A stretch of DNA of 64,000 nt from Bacteroidota bacterium (GTDB lineage Bacteria; Bacteroidota; Bacteroidia; B-17B0; Aurantibacillaceae), in NCBI GenBank assembly GCA_013697245.1, contig JACCXH010000047.1, positions 2,645-66,644 of the forward strand. The letters run 5' to 3'. Each line of letters starts with the position of its first letter. The stretch's first letter is position 1. The position numbers and the translations under genes are program-made. This document shows positions 1-9,539 of the stretch, in pieces. The notes under the pieces were generated by a model that was not told the DNA's origin, did not search any database, and saw only the letters and a program-made list of their open reading frames with translations.

Positions 1-288
1 ATACATAAACTTCATAAAGCCTTCGAGAGTAGGGTGAGGCTTGGTATTATGAGCGTTTTGATGGTGAACGATAAAGTTGATTTTAATTCATTAAAAGATT
101 TGCTTCAGGTAACAGATGGTAATTTAGCCAGCCACGCTGCTGCGTTAGAAAAAGAAGGATTTATACATATTAAAAAAGAATTTATTGGAAAGAAAACTTC
201 TACTACTTACAGCGCCACAAAAATTGGTGTTAAAGCTTTTGAAGATCACCTGGATGCACTTGAAAAATTAATTAAGAAACTGGATTAA
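1..288 (+). CDS. Winged helix-turn-helix transcriptional regulator (ArsR/MarR-like), 5'-truncated by window edge
   Basis: Frame 1 is open from base 1 (IHKLHKAFESRVRLGIMSVL...TDGNLASHAAALEKEGFI...GKKTSTTY), a typical Bacteroidota wHTH signature. Confidence 0.85.
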   Translation: MHKLHKAFESRVRLGIMSVLMVNDKVDFNSLKDLLQVTDGNLASHAAALEKEGFIHIKKEFIGKKTSTTYSATKIGVKAFEDHLDALEKLIKKLD

Positions 289-304
289 AAAAAATTTAAA
301 AATT

Positions 305-327
305 TACTTTGAGATGCAAAGCACTTT
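305..327. promoter_or_regulatory. Candidate operator: imperfect inverted repeat TACTTTG-AGATG-CAAAGCA plus an extra ACTTT half-site
   Basis: Seen directly just after the wHTH gene; the ATG at 314 lies in its spacer. Function is inferred. Confidence 0.5.
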
Positions 328-1429
328 AAATATAGCCGGCATAACCCTACTCGTAATAGCTTCATTGGTATTGGTTCTTTTTTCGATACTGGATCTTATT
401 AAACAAAAAACTCCTGAGAGTAAAATAACTGCTCTTACGGTTTTTAAAAAAATTGCAGAGGTTTTATTCATGTATATTCTTCCAGGAATCGGCATCGCCA
501 TTACAAATGATAAATGCGATACACATCCATTTGAGAATAACAGTACTTTAAGCGCATATACCCTTTGGATCATATTTGCGCTGGCTTACACAGCGTCGCG
601 GTATTTTAAACAACTGCTTTCGCCAATGCTAACAACTATAGTGTCTGGTTTAATGGCAATTGGCCTTTTATTTTGCCTGGCAATTTGTATTCACTTTATA
701 CCAATGGCAGCAGTTATTATTTTTCCGGGTTTTAATTTATTGTATTTATCACCATTCCTCTGCTTTTTTTATTTATTAAAAGAGATCATTCAACTAAACA
801 AATATTTAAAAAAATATTTAGAGACCCAGAACACAACTGCATCACATATAATAAATACTTTTTACCGTTCTATTCATCAAAATCACTTAGGCTTTGTAAC
901 TGTTTTAATTGCACCCTTATTATTAATTATACAAGCGGCATTATTTTTAGTTGGTCAACAACCCGATTCTATTATAACTCAATTTACCGAAAGCTGCGGG
1001 TATTTATTATCAAAATACCAGGATTGTTCTTGTGGCGGCGGCCATTATTTATGTTCTATTGCTGCTAACGGAAATAAAAAATTAGTACAACCTACACGCT
1101 TTGGTGTTAGGGCAAACCAACGCATTTTAGTTAACAGACAGTTGCTAATTGCCAATGCATTTGAGAATTGGTTAGAAGAGCACACACCTAAAATGCATAA
1201 AGTAATAAGGAACTCTTACGATGCCTGCAACATACCGGTTAACAAATGGTCTAAACATAAAAAATTTGCGAATGTGCTCTACATATTTATGAAACCCTTA
1301 GAGTGGCTATTTTTAGTATGGTTGTACTTATTTGATAAAAAACCGGAAGATAGAATTGCCAAGCAGTATTTTCCTAAAAAAGAATTAAATGAATATTTAA
1401 ATACACACAGCTATGAAAGATCTAACTAA
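314..1429 (+). CDS. DUF6688-like membrane protein
   Basis: Multiple hydrophobic helices, then a C-terminal domain with CGGGHYLC...VNRQLLIANAFE...MKPLEWLF. Confidence 0.7.
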   Translation: MQSTLNIAGITLLVIASLVLVLFSILDLIKQKTPESKITALTVFKKIAEVLFMYILPGIGIAITNDKCDTHPFENNSTLSAYTLWIIFALAYTASRYFKQLLSPMLTTIVSGLMAIGLLFCLAICIHFIPMAAVIIFPGFNLLYLSPFLCFFYLLKEIIQLNKYLKKYLETQNTTASHIINTFYRSIHQNHLGFVTVLIAPLLLIIQAALFLVGQQPDSIITQFTESCGYLLSKYQDCSCGGGHYLCSIAANGNKKLVQPTRFGVRANQRILVNRQLLIANAFENWLEEHTPKMHKVIRNSYDACNIPVNKWSKHKKFANVLYIFMKPLEWLFLVWLYLFDKKPEDRIAKQYFPKKELNEYLNTHSYERSN

Positions 1430-1883
1430 AATAAGAGTCGTTATAACGGTATTTGTTGTATTGCTTGTCCTTAGCGGTATTACAGCTTTTCCACTACGAA
1501 CAGAAATGAACTTTTTAATAACTCATAAAAGTTCTTTCCCGGATGCCTTAGGTAAATGGATACAAACCGTTTACAATGCTGTGCAACAAACACCCGATGT
1601 GGTTTTGTATGGAACGGATTGGTTGGCATTTGCGCATATCATTATCGCATTATTTTTTGTTCCCGTTTATATTGATCCGGTAAGATACAAGGCTAATTTA
1701 ATTGTTGCCATGACGGCCTGCGGAGCGGTATTTCTTTTAGCTTTTATTTGTGGACCCATTCGCAGTATTCCTCTTTTTCACCAATTAATTGATTGTTCAT
1801 TTGGTTTAATTGGATTTTTCCCTTTGTATTTCGTATTCAAAAAAATCGGTCAATTAGAGAAATCAAAATATAAAATAAAGTAA
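1413..1883 (+). CDS. Conserved hypothetical integral membrane protein
   Basis: 156 aa with about 4 TM helices and a YGTDWLAFAH motif; overlaps the upstream stop by 17 nt. Confidence 0.75.
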   Translation: MKDLTKIRVVITVFVVLLVLSGITAFPLRTEMNFLITHKSSFPDALGKWIQTVYNAVQQTPDVVLYGTDWLAFAHIIIALFFVPVYIDPVRYKANLIVAMTACGAVFLLAFICGPIRSIPLFHQLIDCSFGLIGFFPLYFVFKKIGQLEKSKYKIK

Positions 1884-1884
1884 T

Positions 1885-2592
1885 ATGCATTCAACTAAAA
1901 AATTAATTATTTGGGTCAGCTTATTTGCAGTTGCCATGGGTTTTATGGAAAGCGCGGTGGTTATTTATTTGCGCGAATTATATTATAAGACAGGTTTTGA
2001 ATTTCCGTTAAAACAGATCTCGCCATTTGTTGCAAAAATTGAATTCTTTCGCGAGATCGCTACCATTATTATGTTGGTTGGTTGCGGTATTATGGCCGGT
2101 AAAAACAAATTACAGCGCTTTGCCTATTTTGTTTTGGCATTTGCCATTTGGGATATATTTTATTATGTTTTCTTATATGTTTGCCTAGGTTGGCCGCAAG
2201 CCTTAAGCACCTGGGATATTTTATTTTTGATCCCGGTGCCATGGGTTGGCCCTGTTTGGGCGCCTTGTCTATTATCTTTATTAATGATCGTTGGTTCGGT
2301 ATTTGTAATTTATAAATTAGATGAACAAGCCAATTATAAAGTAGGGCGACCATTTTGGGGGCTTTTAATTTCCGGCGCTATTGTGTGTATTGTTTCTTTT
2401 ATGTGGGATTACTTAATGTTTAGCAGTAAGACCTATACCAAGTGGTTTGTTACCTCTGACAAGAATTTATTTTCTGAAATAGATACTTACGTGCCAAGCG
2501 AATTTAATAGTCCACTGTTCTTTTTAGGGTTTTTCTTAATGCTTTTTCCGGTAGGTTATTCCATGTATTTATCCAATAAAATAAAAAAATAA
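1885..2592 (+). CDS. Conserved hypothetical integral membrane protein
   Basis: 235 aa with about 6 TM helices; AMGFMESAVVIYLR and WDIFYY..WDILFLIPVPW motifs; 1-nt gap to neighbours. Confidence 0.75.
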   Translation: MHSTKKLIIWVSLFAVAMGFMESAVVIYLRELYYKTGFEFPLKQISPFVAKIEFFREIATIIMLVGCGIMAGKNKLQRFAYFVLAFAIWDIFYYVFLYVCLGWPQALSTWDILFLIPVPWVGPVWAPCLLSLLMIVGSVFVIYKLDEQANYKVGRPFWGLLISGAIVCIVSFMWDYLMFSSKTYTKWFVTSDKNLFSEIDTYVPSEFNSPLFFLGFFLMLFPVGYSMYLSNKIKK

Positions 2593-2593
2593 G

Positions 2594-4501
2594 ATGAAAA
2601 GAAATGATTGGTTACTAATTGCTTCGGCAATTATTTTTAGTGTTTTGTTTTACAAACAAGCAACAGGCGTAAATTATTTATTATTTACAGGTTTGGTAAC
2701 AGGCTTAATAGCTTATTTTAATTCTGATAATATAAAAAAACGGCAATGGTGGTACTATGCCGCAATTACTAACCTGTGTGGTTTTGCGGTGTTTTATTGT
2801 AATAGTAATTTAAGTGTGTTTGCCACTATTTTGTCTTTATTTATTTTTTCAGGTAAAAGTTTTAATTATAAAAACTCAATTATCATTAATCTTTTTTTTA
2901 GTATTGGTTCAGTTGCAGCCTCCATTGTTTTTGCAATAATAGATTATGTTAATCTAAGAAAACAACATGTTACTTCCGAAAAAAAGAAGAACCGTAAGAT
3001 CTATTTTGGCGTGACTATTGCTTTGGTAATTGCCATTGTTTTTTTTGCATTATACCAGCAGGCAAATCCTTTATTTAAAGATTTTACAAAGAATATTGAT
3101 CTGAGTTGGATCAGCATTGGCTGGTGCCTGTTTGCGATCTGGGGCTTTTTGGTGTTATACGGCTTGATCTATTATAAGGACATAAAAATATTTTCTGACT
3201 GGGATATAAAATTTAACCGCACACTCGTAAATAACAGCCATGAAACTACAGAACCAAAAGAGATCAATAATAACACAGTTATTGCCTTATCACTTTTTGG
3301 ATTATTAAACCTGATGTTGGTATTGGTAAATGCACTAGATCTTAAAAATTTATTGGGCACGCACGAATTGCCAAAAGGTATTTATCTTTCAGATTTTGTG
3401 CATAGCGCGGTTTGGAGTTTGGTATTCTCAATACTTATAGCTGTTGGTTTAATTATGTGGTTCTTTAAAGGTGATCTGAATTTTAACAAGCAGTCAAAAA
3501 TATTAAAGTACCTCGTTTATTTCTGGATCATTCAAAACGCCATTATGGTAATATCTGCCATGGTACGTAATTTATGGTATGTGAGCGAGTACCAATTAAC
3601 TTATTTGCGCATTGGCGTGTATGTATTCCTTGCTTTAAGTTTAGTTGGTTTGGTTATTACTTTTTTAAAAGTGAACAAAACAAAAAGTGCCTGGTATTTG
3701 GTGAGGCAAAATTTTGAAGCCTGGTTATTGATTCTAGGGCTCTGCTCAATAGTTAATTGGGATAAGTTGATCTCTGATTATAATATCAGCAACGCGAAAA
3801 GTTTTAAGGCGCTCGATAAAGTGTATTTGGTTAATTTATCAAATGCTAACCTGCCAGATCTTACTGAATTATTTTTTAAAGAAAAAAAAGATAGCCTCCT
3901 GAATGCTACAACTGATTTTCAAAAACAATATGAGTTTAAGAATCTTTCAACCAGGATCTATAACTTTATTTTAGAAGAAAAAACCGAAACATGGCAAAGT
4001 TTTAATTTACGTGATAAAATTATTATCGAGAGAATGGAACAACAGTTCAACGATGGATTAATTACCAATTTAGCTTTGGATTATAACTGGAATGTTGAAT
4101 TGAAAAACCTTATAAGACTTAAAACCTTACGGGCGCTTACCTTGGGCAACCCAACCACTGATTTTGAATACATTGCTTTTTTTAAGGATCTTGAAGAGTT
4201 GACTATGGGTAATTTTACAGGTGCACGTTTGAAGAATATTATCTTTAATACAAAATTAAAGAAGTTAACCGTACTTAATTATTTTGATGGTGAAAAAGAT
4301 TTTAACTACTTTAAATTTCTTAATAATTTAGAACATATGGAATTGCCTTCCATTACAAATGAAGACTTGTTAAAGTTAAACGGTCACCCATCTTTGCAAA
4401 CCCTACAGTTAATTAGTGTTTTTGAAGAACAAAGAGAGTTCATAAAAAATAACCGTTTATCGTTTAAAGTGATCGAAGGAGGAGTTTATGCCAGCAGGTA
4501 A
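2594..4501 (+). CDS. DUF4173/DUF4153-like polytopic membrane protein with C-terminal leucine-rich repeats
   Basis: Many TM helices, QQANPLF and YQLTYLRIGV motifs, and C-terminal LxxLxL repeats. Confidence 0.7.
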   Translation: MKRNDWLLIASAIIFSVLFYKQATGVNYLLFTGLVTGLIAYFNSDNIKKRQWWYYAAITNLCGFAVFYCNSNLSVFATILSLFIFSGKSFNYKNSIIINLFFSIGSVAASIVFAIIDYVNLRKQHVTSEKKKNRKIYFGVTIALVIAIVFFALYQQANPLFKDFTKNIDLSWISIGWCLFAIWGFLVLYGLIYYKDIKIFSDWDIKFNRTLVNNSHETTEPKEINNNTVIALSLFGLLNLMLVLVNALDLKNLLGTHELPKGIYLSDFVHSAVWSLVFSILIAVGLIMWFFKGDLNFNKQSKILKYLVYFWIIQNAIMVISAMVRNLWYVSEYQLTYLRIGVYVFLALSLVGLVITFLKVNKTKSAWYLVRQNFEAWLLILGLCSIVNWDKLISDYNISNAKSFKALDKVYLVNLSNANLPDLTELFFKEKKDSLLNATTDFQKQYEFKNLSTRIYNFILEEKTETWQSFNLRDKIIIERMEQQFNDGLITNLALDYNWNVELKNLIRLKTLRALTLGNPTTDFEYIAFFKDLEELTMGNFTGARLKNIIFNTKLKKLTVLNYFDGEKDFNYFKFLNNLEHMELPSITNEDLLKLNGHPSLQTLQLISVFEEQREFIKNNRLSFKVIEGGVYASR

Positions 4502-5132
4502 TCTTTTTAAATTGTTTCTTTTTTGCATGTTGTTATTAGTTGCAAGAATTATAAGAACAGAACAATTGTCTTATATCTTTTTAACATGGAATTTATTCCT
4601 GGCCTTTATTCCATATTTATTGATCAAAAATTTTAAGATGGAGCAAAATAAATTAGTGCAGGTTCTAATAATTGGTACTACTATTTTGTTCTTGCCAAAT
4701 GCACCTTATATTATAACGGATCTTTTTCATTTAAGGGAAAGAATAGCGGCCCCTATTTGGTTAGATCTTATTTTGATCTTAAGTTTTGCTTTTTTAGGCA
4801 TGGTATTTTTTGTGCTAAGTGTTAATCAGTTGCTTTCTATTTCAAATCTATTATTTAGGTCGAGGCTAATTACCAGTGGTATCAAACTTTTTATCATGGG
4901 ATCAAGTTCTTACGGTATTTATTTAGGGCGCTATTTACGTTTTAATAGTTGGGATGTGGTTTTTAACCCTTTTCATCTGGCAAAACAAATGTTAACCTCT
5001 GTTTTTAATGAGAATTGTTATAAAGAAACTTTTGCAGTTACTATCACGTTCACAATTTTTTTATATTTAGTATTTGAAATAGTTGCCTCTTTAAAAGGGG
5101 CAACCAACACACAGCAAAATGGCTTATCTTAA
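4488..5132 (+). CDS. DUF1361 family membrane protein
   Basis: WNLFLAFIP, FLPNAPYIITDLFHL and GIYLGRYLRFNSWD signatures. Confidence 0.85.
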   Translation: MPAGNLFKLFLFCMLLLVARIIRTEQLSYIFLTWNLFLAFIPYLLIKNFKMEQNKLVQVLIIGTTILFLPNAPYIITDLFHLRERIAAPIWLDLILILSFAFLGMVFFVLSVNQLLSISNLLFRSRLITSGIKLFIMGSSSYGIYLGRYLRFNSWDVVFNPFHLAKQMLTSVFNENCYKETFAVTITFTIFLYLVFEIVASLKGATNTQQNGLS

Positions 5133-5493
5133 AAACCGCATACGATCTTTTGGTTATGCTTTTTCGGGATTGATGAATGCGATCAAAACCGAAAAGAACC
5201 TGCAGTTACAAACGGTGGTTGCAATACTTGTTATAGCAGCAGGAATATTCTTTGATATTTCAATTCGTAAATGGCTGGCGGTAATTGGTTGTATAACGCT
5301 GGTTATTTCACTGGAGCTAATTAATTCGGCTATCGAAAAACTGTGCGATCTTTATTCAAAAGAACAAGACCCCAGGATAAAGTATATAAAAGATGTTTCA
5401 GCCGCCGCCGTTCTGGTAGCTTCTATTTTGTCGGCAATAATCGGTATTGTGATCTTTGGCTTTGATATTTTAAATTTGTTTGGTCACCATTAA
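5119..5493 (+). CDS. dgkA: Diacylglycerol/undecaprenol kinase (DgkA family)
   Basis: SFGYAFSG, ELINSAIEKLCD and IKDVSAAAVL motifs; 3 TM helices. Confidence 0.9.
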   Translation: MAYLKNRIRSFGYAFSGLMNAIKTEKNLQLQTVVAILVIAAGIFFDISIRKWLAVIGCITLVISLELINSAIEKLCDLYSKEQDPRIKYIKDVSAAAVLVASILSAIIGIVIFGFDILNLFGHH

Positions 5494-5602
5494 CATTGCT
5501 TGTTCAATAACTTTTAAAGTTAAAGTTCAATTTTTGCTGCAACTCCTTTAATTTAGGTGTATCAATTCTATCCTTGTATACTCGGTAAAGAACAGCAATC
5601 GT

Positions 5603-6856
5603 TTGCAGTACACGCTAAAAACGGTTTTGAACGATGCATTAGGTTTAGAGCCGATACAAACTTTTAATATTGAGGAATTTAAAAACTCGGCACTACCAAA
5701 AATTAATTATTCTGACCTTAAAATAGAGAATTGTTTATCTATTTTGCCGCACTCAATCTTATTTAATGTTGGCATTAAAGATTACCCTATAGAGGTAAGT
5801 AATCACCCGCAGTTTTTTAAACTATTTTTTAAAAGTCAAAACCCGGATATTCCATTTGATATTTTTGGTGCTACCTTTTGGCTGCTTTCGCGTTACGAAG
5901 AATATTTACCATACAAGACCGATACATACGACCGCTTTAATTACCGTTCAAGTTTAGCATATCAATATGATTTTATTGAAGTACCCATTATTAATTTGTG
6001 GATAGAGCAATTGCAATTTAGCTTAAAAAAAATGTTTCCGGTTTTAAAATTCAAAGAACATCAGTATAAATTCATTTCTACCATTGATATTGATAATGCT
6101 TTTAAATTTAAGCATAAAGGCTTTGTACGCGCGCTTGCGGGTTATGCAAAAGATATACTTTCTAAAGATGCAGCAAGTTTCCGGTCCAGGTTTAAAGTTA
6201 TTTCAGGTAATAAAAAAGACCCGTTTGATTGTTATGATTTTTTAATTAATGCGCACAAACAAAACCAGATAAACGCCATTTATTTTTTTCTTTTGGGCGA
6301 TTATGGCCCCAATGATAAGAACCAATCTGCCACTAATTTGCCGTTTCAATCGCTTATAAAGAGTATGGCAGATTATTCTGCAGTAGGTATTCATCCTTCG
6401 TTTGGTTCTACCAATAAGATCCAGCAATTAAAAGTAGAAATAAGCAGGTTGTCAAATATCATTCACTCTCCGGTTACAATTAGCAGGCAACATTATTCTG
6501 TTTTAAAATTTCCAAAAACATATCAAAATTTATTGCAAGCCGGTATCGAACAGGATTTCTCTATGGGGTACACAAATATAAATGGTTTCAGGGCCTCGTA
6601 TTGTTTTCCTTACAAATGGTATAATATCGAAAGTGAGCTCTTAACACCGTTAACTATCAATTCTTTTTGCATTGCTGAGAATACGATGGTTTATTATGCT
6701 ACGAAACAAAATAAAACTTTAAGCGAACAAGCTTTGCCAATAATTAATGAGGTAAAAAAATATAACGGCCAACTGATCTCCATTTTTCATAATGATACTT
6801 TTAAAGACGATATGAAAAATTTCTACGAAGATTTTTTGAAAATGGCTAAAAAATAA
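5603..6856 (+). CDS. Polysaccharide deacetylase-like protein (DUF7033-type); true start may lie upstream
   Basis: FDIFGATFWLLSRYEEY, TIDID, GIHPS, RQHY and IFHN NodB-like motifs. The frame is open from 5552. Confidence 0.7.
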   Translation: MQYTLKTVLNDALGLEPIQTFNIEEFKNSALPKINYSDLKIENCLSILPHSILFNVGIKDYPIEVSNHPQFFKLFFKSQNPDIPFDIFGATFWLLSRYEEYLPYKTDTYDRFNYRSSLAYQYDFIEVPIINLWIEQLQFSLKKMFPVLKFKEHQYKFISTIDIDNAFKFKHKGFVRALAGYAKDILSKDAASFRSRFKVISGNKKDPFDCYDFLINAHKQNQINAIYFFLLGDYGPNDKNQSATNLPFQSLIKSMADYSAVGIHPSFGSTNKIQQLKVEISRLSNIIHSPVTISRQHYSVLKFPKTYQNLLQAGIEQDFSMGYTNINGFRASYCFPYKWYNIESELLTPLTINSFCIAENTMVYYATKQNKTLSEQALPIINEVKKYNGQLISIFHNDTFKDDMKNFYEDFLKMAKK

Positions 6857-7030
6857 AATTATTTATAAAAATTTACCTCCAGATCTTCCTATTGGCAAGA
6901 AACAAAATGTGTATCAACAGTCCTAAATGGCCAATAAAATTAATTAAAAGCCAAAAGACCATTATTTGCTATATAATAGATTACCTTACCAATTAATGTA
7001 TCTTTACATGGATATAAACTAAATAGCGTT

Positions 7031-7453
7031 ATGAATAGAAATGGGCCAGTAATAATTATAGAAGACGATGAAGATGATCAATATTTGTTTGAGGAAGCCT
7101 TTAAGAGTCTAAAATATAGTAATGAGCTTCTTTTTTTTTCCGAACCTTTAAAAGCGCTTGAGTATTTAACTAGAAAAGATATTACTCCTTTTTTAATAAT
7201 GTCTGATATTAATATGCCAAAACTGAATGGATTTGAATTACGTGAAAAAGTAAGGACAAACGAAGCGCTTCAAAATAAATGCATACCGTATTTATTTTTT
7301 ACAACAGCCTCTGACCAAAAATCGGTGATAGATGCTTATAGTATGTCCGTTCAGGGTTTTTTTGTTAAACAAAATTCATCAGCTGAATTAGAAAATACTG
7401 TACGGGTAATAATGGATTATTGGAAAAGATGCATTGCTCCAAATGACGTTTAA
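7031..7453 (+). CDS. Single-domain response regulator (receiver only)
   Basis: IEDDEDD acidic pocket, SDINMPKLNG phospho-Asp motif, FTT and FFVK. Confidence 0.9.
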   Translation: MNRNGPVIIIEDDEDDQYLFEEAFKSLKYSNELLFFSEPLKALEYLTRKDITPFLIMSDINMPKLNGFELREKVRTNEALQNKCIPYLFFTTASDQKSVIDAYSMSVQGFFVKQNSSAELENTVRVIMDYWKRCIAPNDV

Positions 7454-7532
7454 TAATTGCTAGTTCATTTACCATTCATTTCAAAAAGCAGGAGTAAACA
7501 CCACTAATTGTTTCAATCGTGCTTTTAAGCAC

Positions 7533-8198
7533 CTATTGCATCTGCTGCAATTCCAAATAAATATTCTTTAGCACCTGTGCCATACTTGAAAGAATCATTT
7601 GCACACCAATACCAATAACTAAAAATCCCATTATTTTTGAAAGTGAAGTAAGGCCGGCCTGTCCTGCATATTTCATTAAGCGGGGCGCAAATTTGAAAAT
7701 AAAATAGATAGAAAGTGAAACGATCAAAATGGCAATTACGGCAATTACATCCTGCGAAATGGCTTTATGCCAATCCTTATCGCGACCAGCGTATAAAGTA
7801 ATTAAGAATGACATAGAGCCAGGTCCAGCCAATAAAGGCATGGCAAGCGGGGAGAAGGAGATGTCTTCTTTTTTATCACTTTCTTCTTTTATTTTTCCCG
7901 AAATTTCTTTTTTATGCGTAACATTTAAAAGTTGCCAGCCCGATCTAAAAATTACTAATCCGCCGGCAACCCGCAATGCCGGAATAGTAATGCCAAAAAA
8001 GTTAAGCAGGTAAACACCAATAAAATAGGATACAACGCAAATAATAAGGATATAAAAACAGGTTTTTTTAAGCGTTTTAAGTTTGTTTTCCTCGCTCATA
8101 TCCGAGGTTAGGCTAATGTATACAGGCAAACCGCCCAAGGGATTAATAAGTGAGAATAAACCAACCAGTATGGTTAAAAATACAGATGTTTCAAACAT
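7533..8198 (-). CDS. MarC family integral membrane protein
   Basis: LINPLG, GITIPALRVAGG and PLAMPLLAGPGS motifs. Confidence 0.9.
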   Translation of the reverse strand: MFETSVFLTILVGLFSLINPLGGLPVYISLTSDMSEENKLKTLKKTCFYILIICVVSYFIGVYLLNFFGITIPALRVAGGLVIFRSGWQLLNVTHKKEISGKIKEESDKKEDISFSPLAMPLLAGPGSMSFLITLYAGRDKDWHKAISQDVIAVIAILIVSLSIYFIFKFAPRLMKYAGQAGLTSLSKIMGFLVIGIGVQMILSSMAQVLKNIYLELQQMQ

Positions 8199-8203
8199 GG
8201 GCG

Positions 8204-8211
8204 CAAAATTA
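8204..8211 (-). promoter_or_regulatory. Bacteroidota housekeeping promoter -7 box TAATTTTG, 5 nt before the MarC ATG
   Basis: Exact TAnnTTTG consensus match. Confidence 0.6.
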
Positions 8212-8283
8212 AGATTATTTTAGTGAGTAGTTAAGATAGTTAACCTGATATAATCGTTAATAAAATACAAACAAATAAAACCT

Positions 8284-8291
8284 TATTTTTG
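8284..8291 (+). promoter_or_regulatory. -7 box TATTTTTG upstream of cdsA
   Basis: Exact TAnnTTTG match, 16 nt before the ATG. Confidence 0.55.
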
Positions 8292-8307
8292 TTCCTATAC
8301 TAAACCC

Positions 8308-9171
8308 ATGGCATTAAACTTAAAAACATTAGCAACACGTAGCATAAGTGCGGCAGTATTTGTTATACTGTTGGTTGGCTGTGTTTACTGGAGTTATATC
8401 TCGTTTGCCATTTTCTTTTTTGTGGTTTCTTTAATAGGATTACACGAATTTTATAAGATCTCTGAAAAGATGGGCGCGAAGCCGTTTGAGATCACCGGTC
8501 TGATATTTGGCTTGCTTACTTTTTTTAGTTTTTTTGATGCAGGTTATAACGAGCCAGGATCTACATTATACATTGTAAATAACGTCCAAAAAATAGCGAG
8601 GGTAATAGCAATGCTTGGCCCATTCGTTATTCTTTCAATTGCCATGTTCAGCAAAGCAGAAAACTCTGTAAAGAACGCTTTATTTACCATTGGCGGAATC
8701 ATTTATGTGGTGCTGCCTTTTGCGTTATTAAACCTGATCGCTTTTCGCGAAATGGGTTGTGAAGGTTCTTATTACACACCAAAGTTAATATTAGGCATTA
8801 TCTTTTTAATATGGAGCAATGATACATTTGCATATTTAGGCGGAAGCTTATTTGGAAAAAATAAAATGATAGAGCGTGTTTCTCCGGGTAAAACGTGGGA
8901 AGGTACAATCATAGGTATACTGATCACTTTTGGTTTGAGTTTTATTTTTAATAGATTTATTTTTGATCTTGGAAATTATACTTGGCCAACTCTTGGAATA
9001 GCGGTGCCAATATTAGCCACAATAGGCGATCTAATCGAAAGTAAACTAAAGCGTGAAGCAGGTGTAAAAGATAGTGGCAATATTATGCCTGGGCATGGCG
9101 GTGTATTGGATAGATTTGATAGTCTGATCTTTGTTTCGCCTTTTGTATTTGTGATATTACAGTTGCTTTAA
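8308..9171 (+). CDS. cdsA: Phosphatidate cytidylyltransferase
   Basis: SPGKTWEG, GDLIESKLKREAGVKDSG and PGHGGVLDRFDS motifs. Confidence 0.95.
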   Translation: MALNLKTLATRSISAAVFVILLVGCVYWSYISFAIFFFVVSLIGLHEFYKISEKMGAKPFEITGLIFGLLTFFSFFDAGYNEPGSTLYIVNNVQKIARVIAMLGPFVILSIAMFSKAENSVKNALFTIGGIIYVVLPFALLNLIAFREMGCEGSYYTPKLILGIIFLIWSNDTFAYLGGSLFGKNKMIERVSPGKTWEGTIIGILITFGLSFIFNRFIFDLGNYTWPTLGIAVPILATIGDLIESKLKREAGVKDSGNIMPGHGGVLDRFDSLIFVSPFVFVILQLL

Positions 9172-9455
9172 AGTTTCACTGAGTGTACTCGGTGAATAGG
9201 AATAACAACCCCTTGTTTTAGGATCACCCTTTTATCGGTAATACCCCAAACTGTTGTTTCTACTACCTTACAAGACATATCATCTTCAAAATAGATCCTG
9301 ATCTTGGAGTGTTCTCTGTTACCTAAAGTAAGAGCACGCTCCAGTTCAGATGACCTTTCTTTTCTCTTTTCAATATCGTGTAAAACTTCAGTGGATGGAA
9401 ATTTTAAATTTTCTATTTCTTCTTTTTCTATCGGTTGAAATTCTGCTATAATCAT
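9168..9455 (-). CDS. Conserved hypothetical protein
   Basis: 95-aa ORF (RALTLGN...VETTVWGIT) with plausible coding composition; 4-nt TTAA stop overlap with cdsA. Confidence 0.65.
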   Translation of the reverse strand: MIIAEFQPIEKEEIENLKFPSTEVLHDIEKRKERSSELERALTLGNREHSKIRIYFEDDMSCKVVETTVWGITDKRVILKQGVVIPIHRVHSVKL

Positions 9456-9539
9456 GGTTTAAAAATATTTAAAAGTTAGTAATTAGAGATAACGTTATTA
9501 TATCAAACGCTTAAAATACAAAAAGGTTTCAGATGTTAA

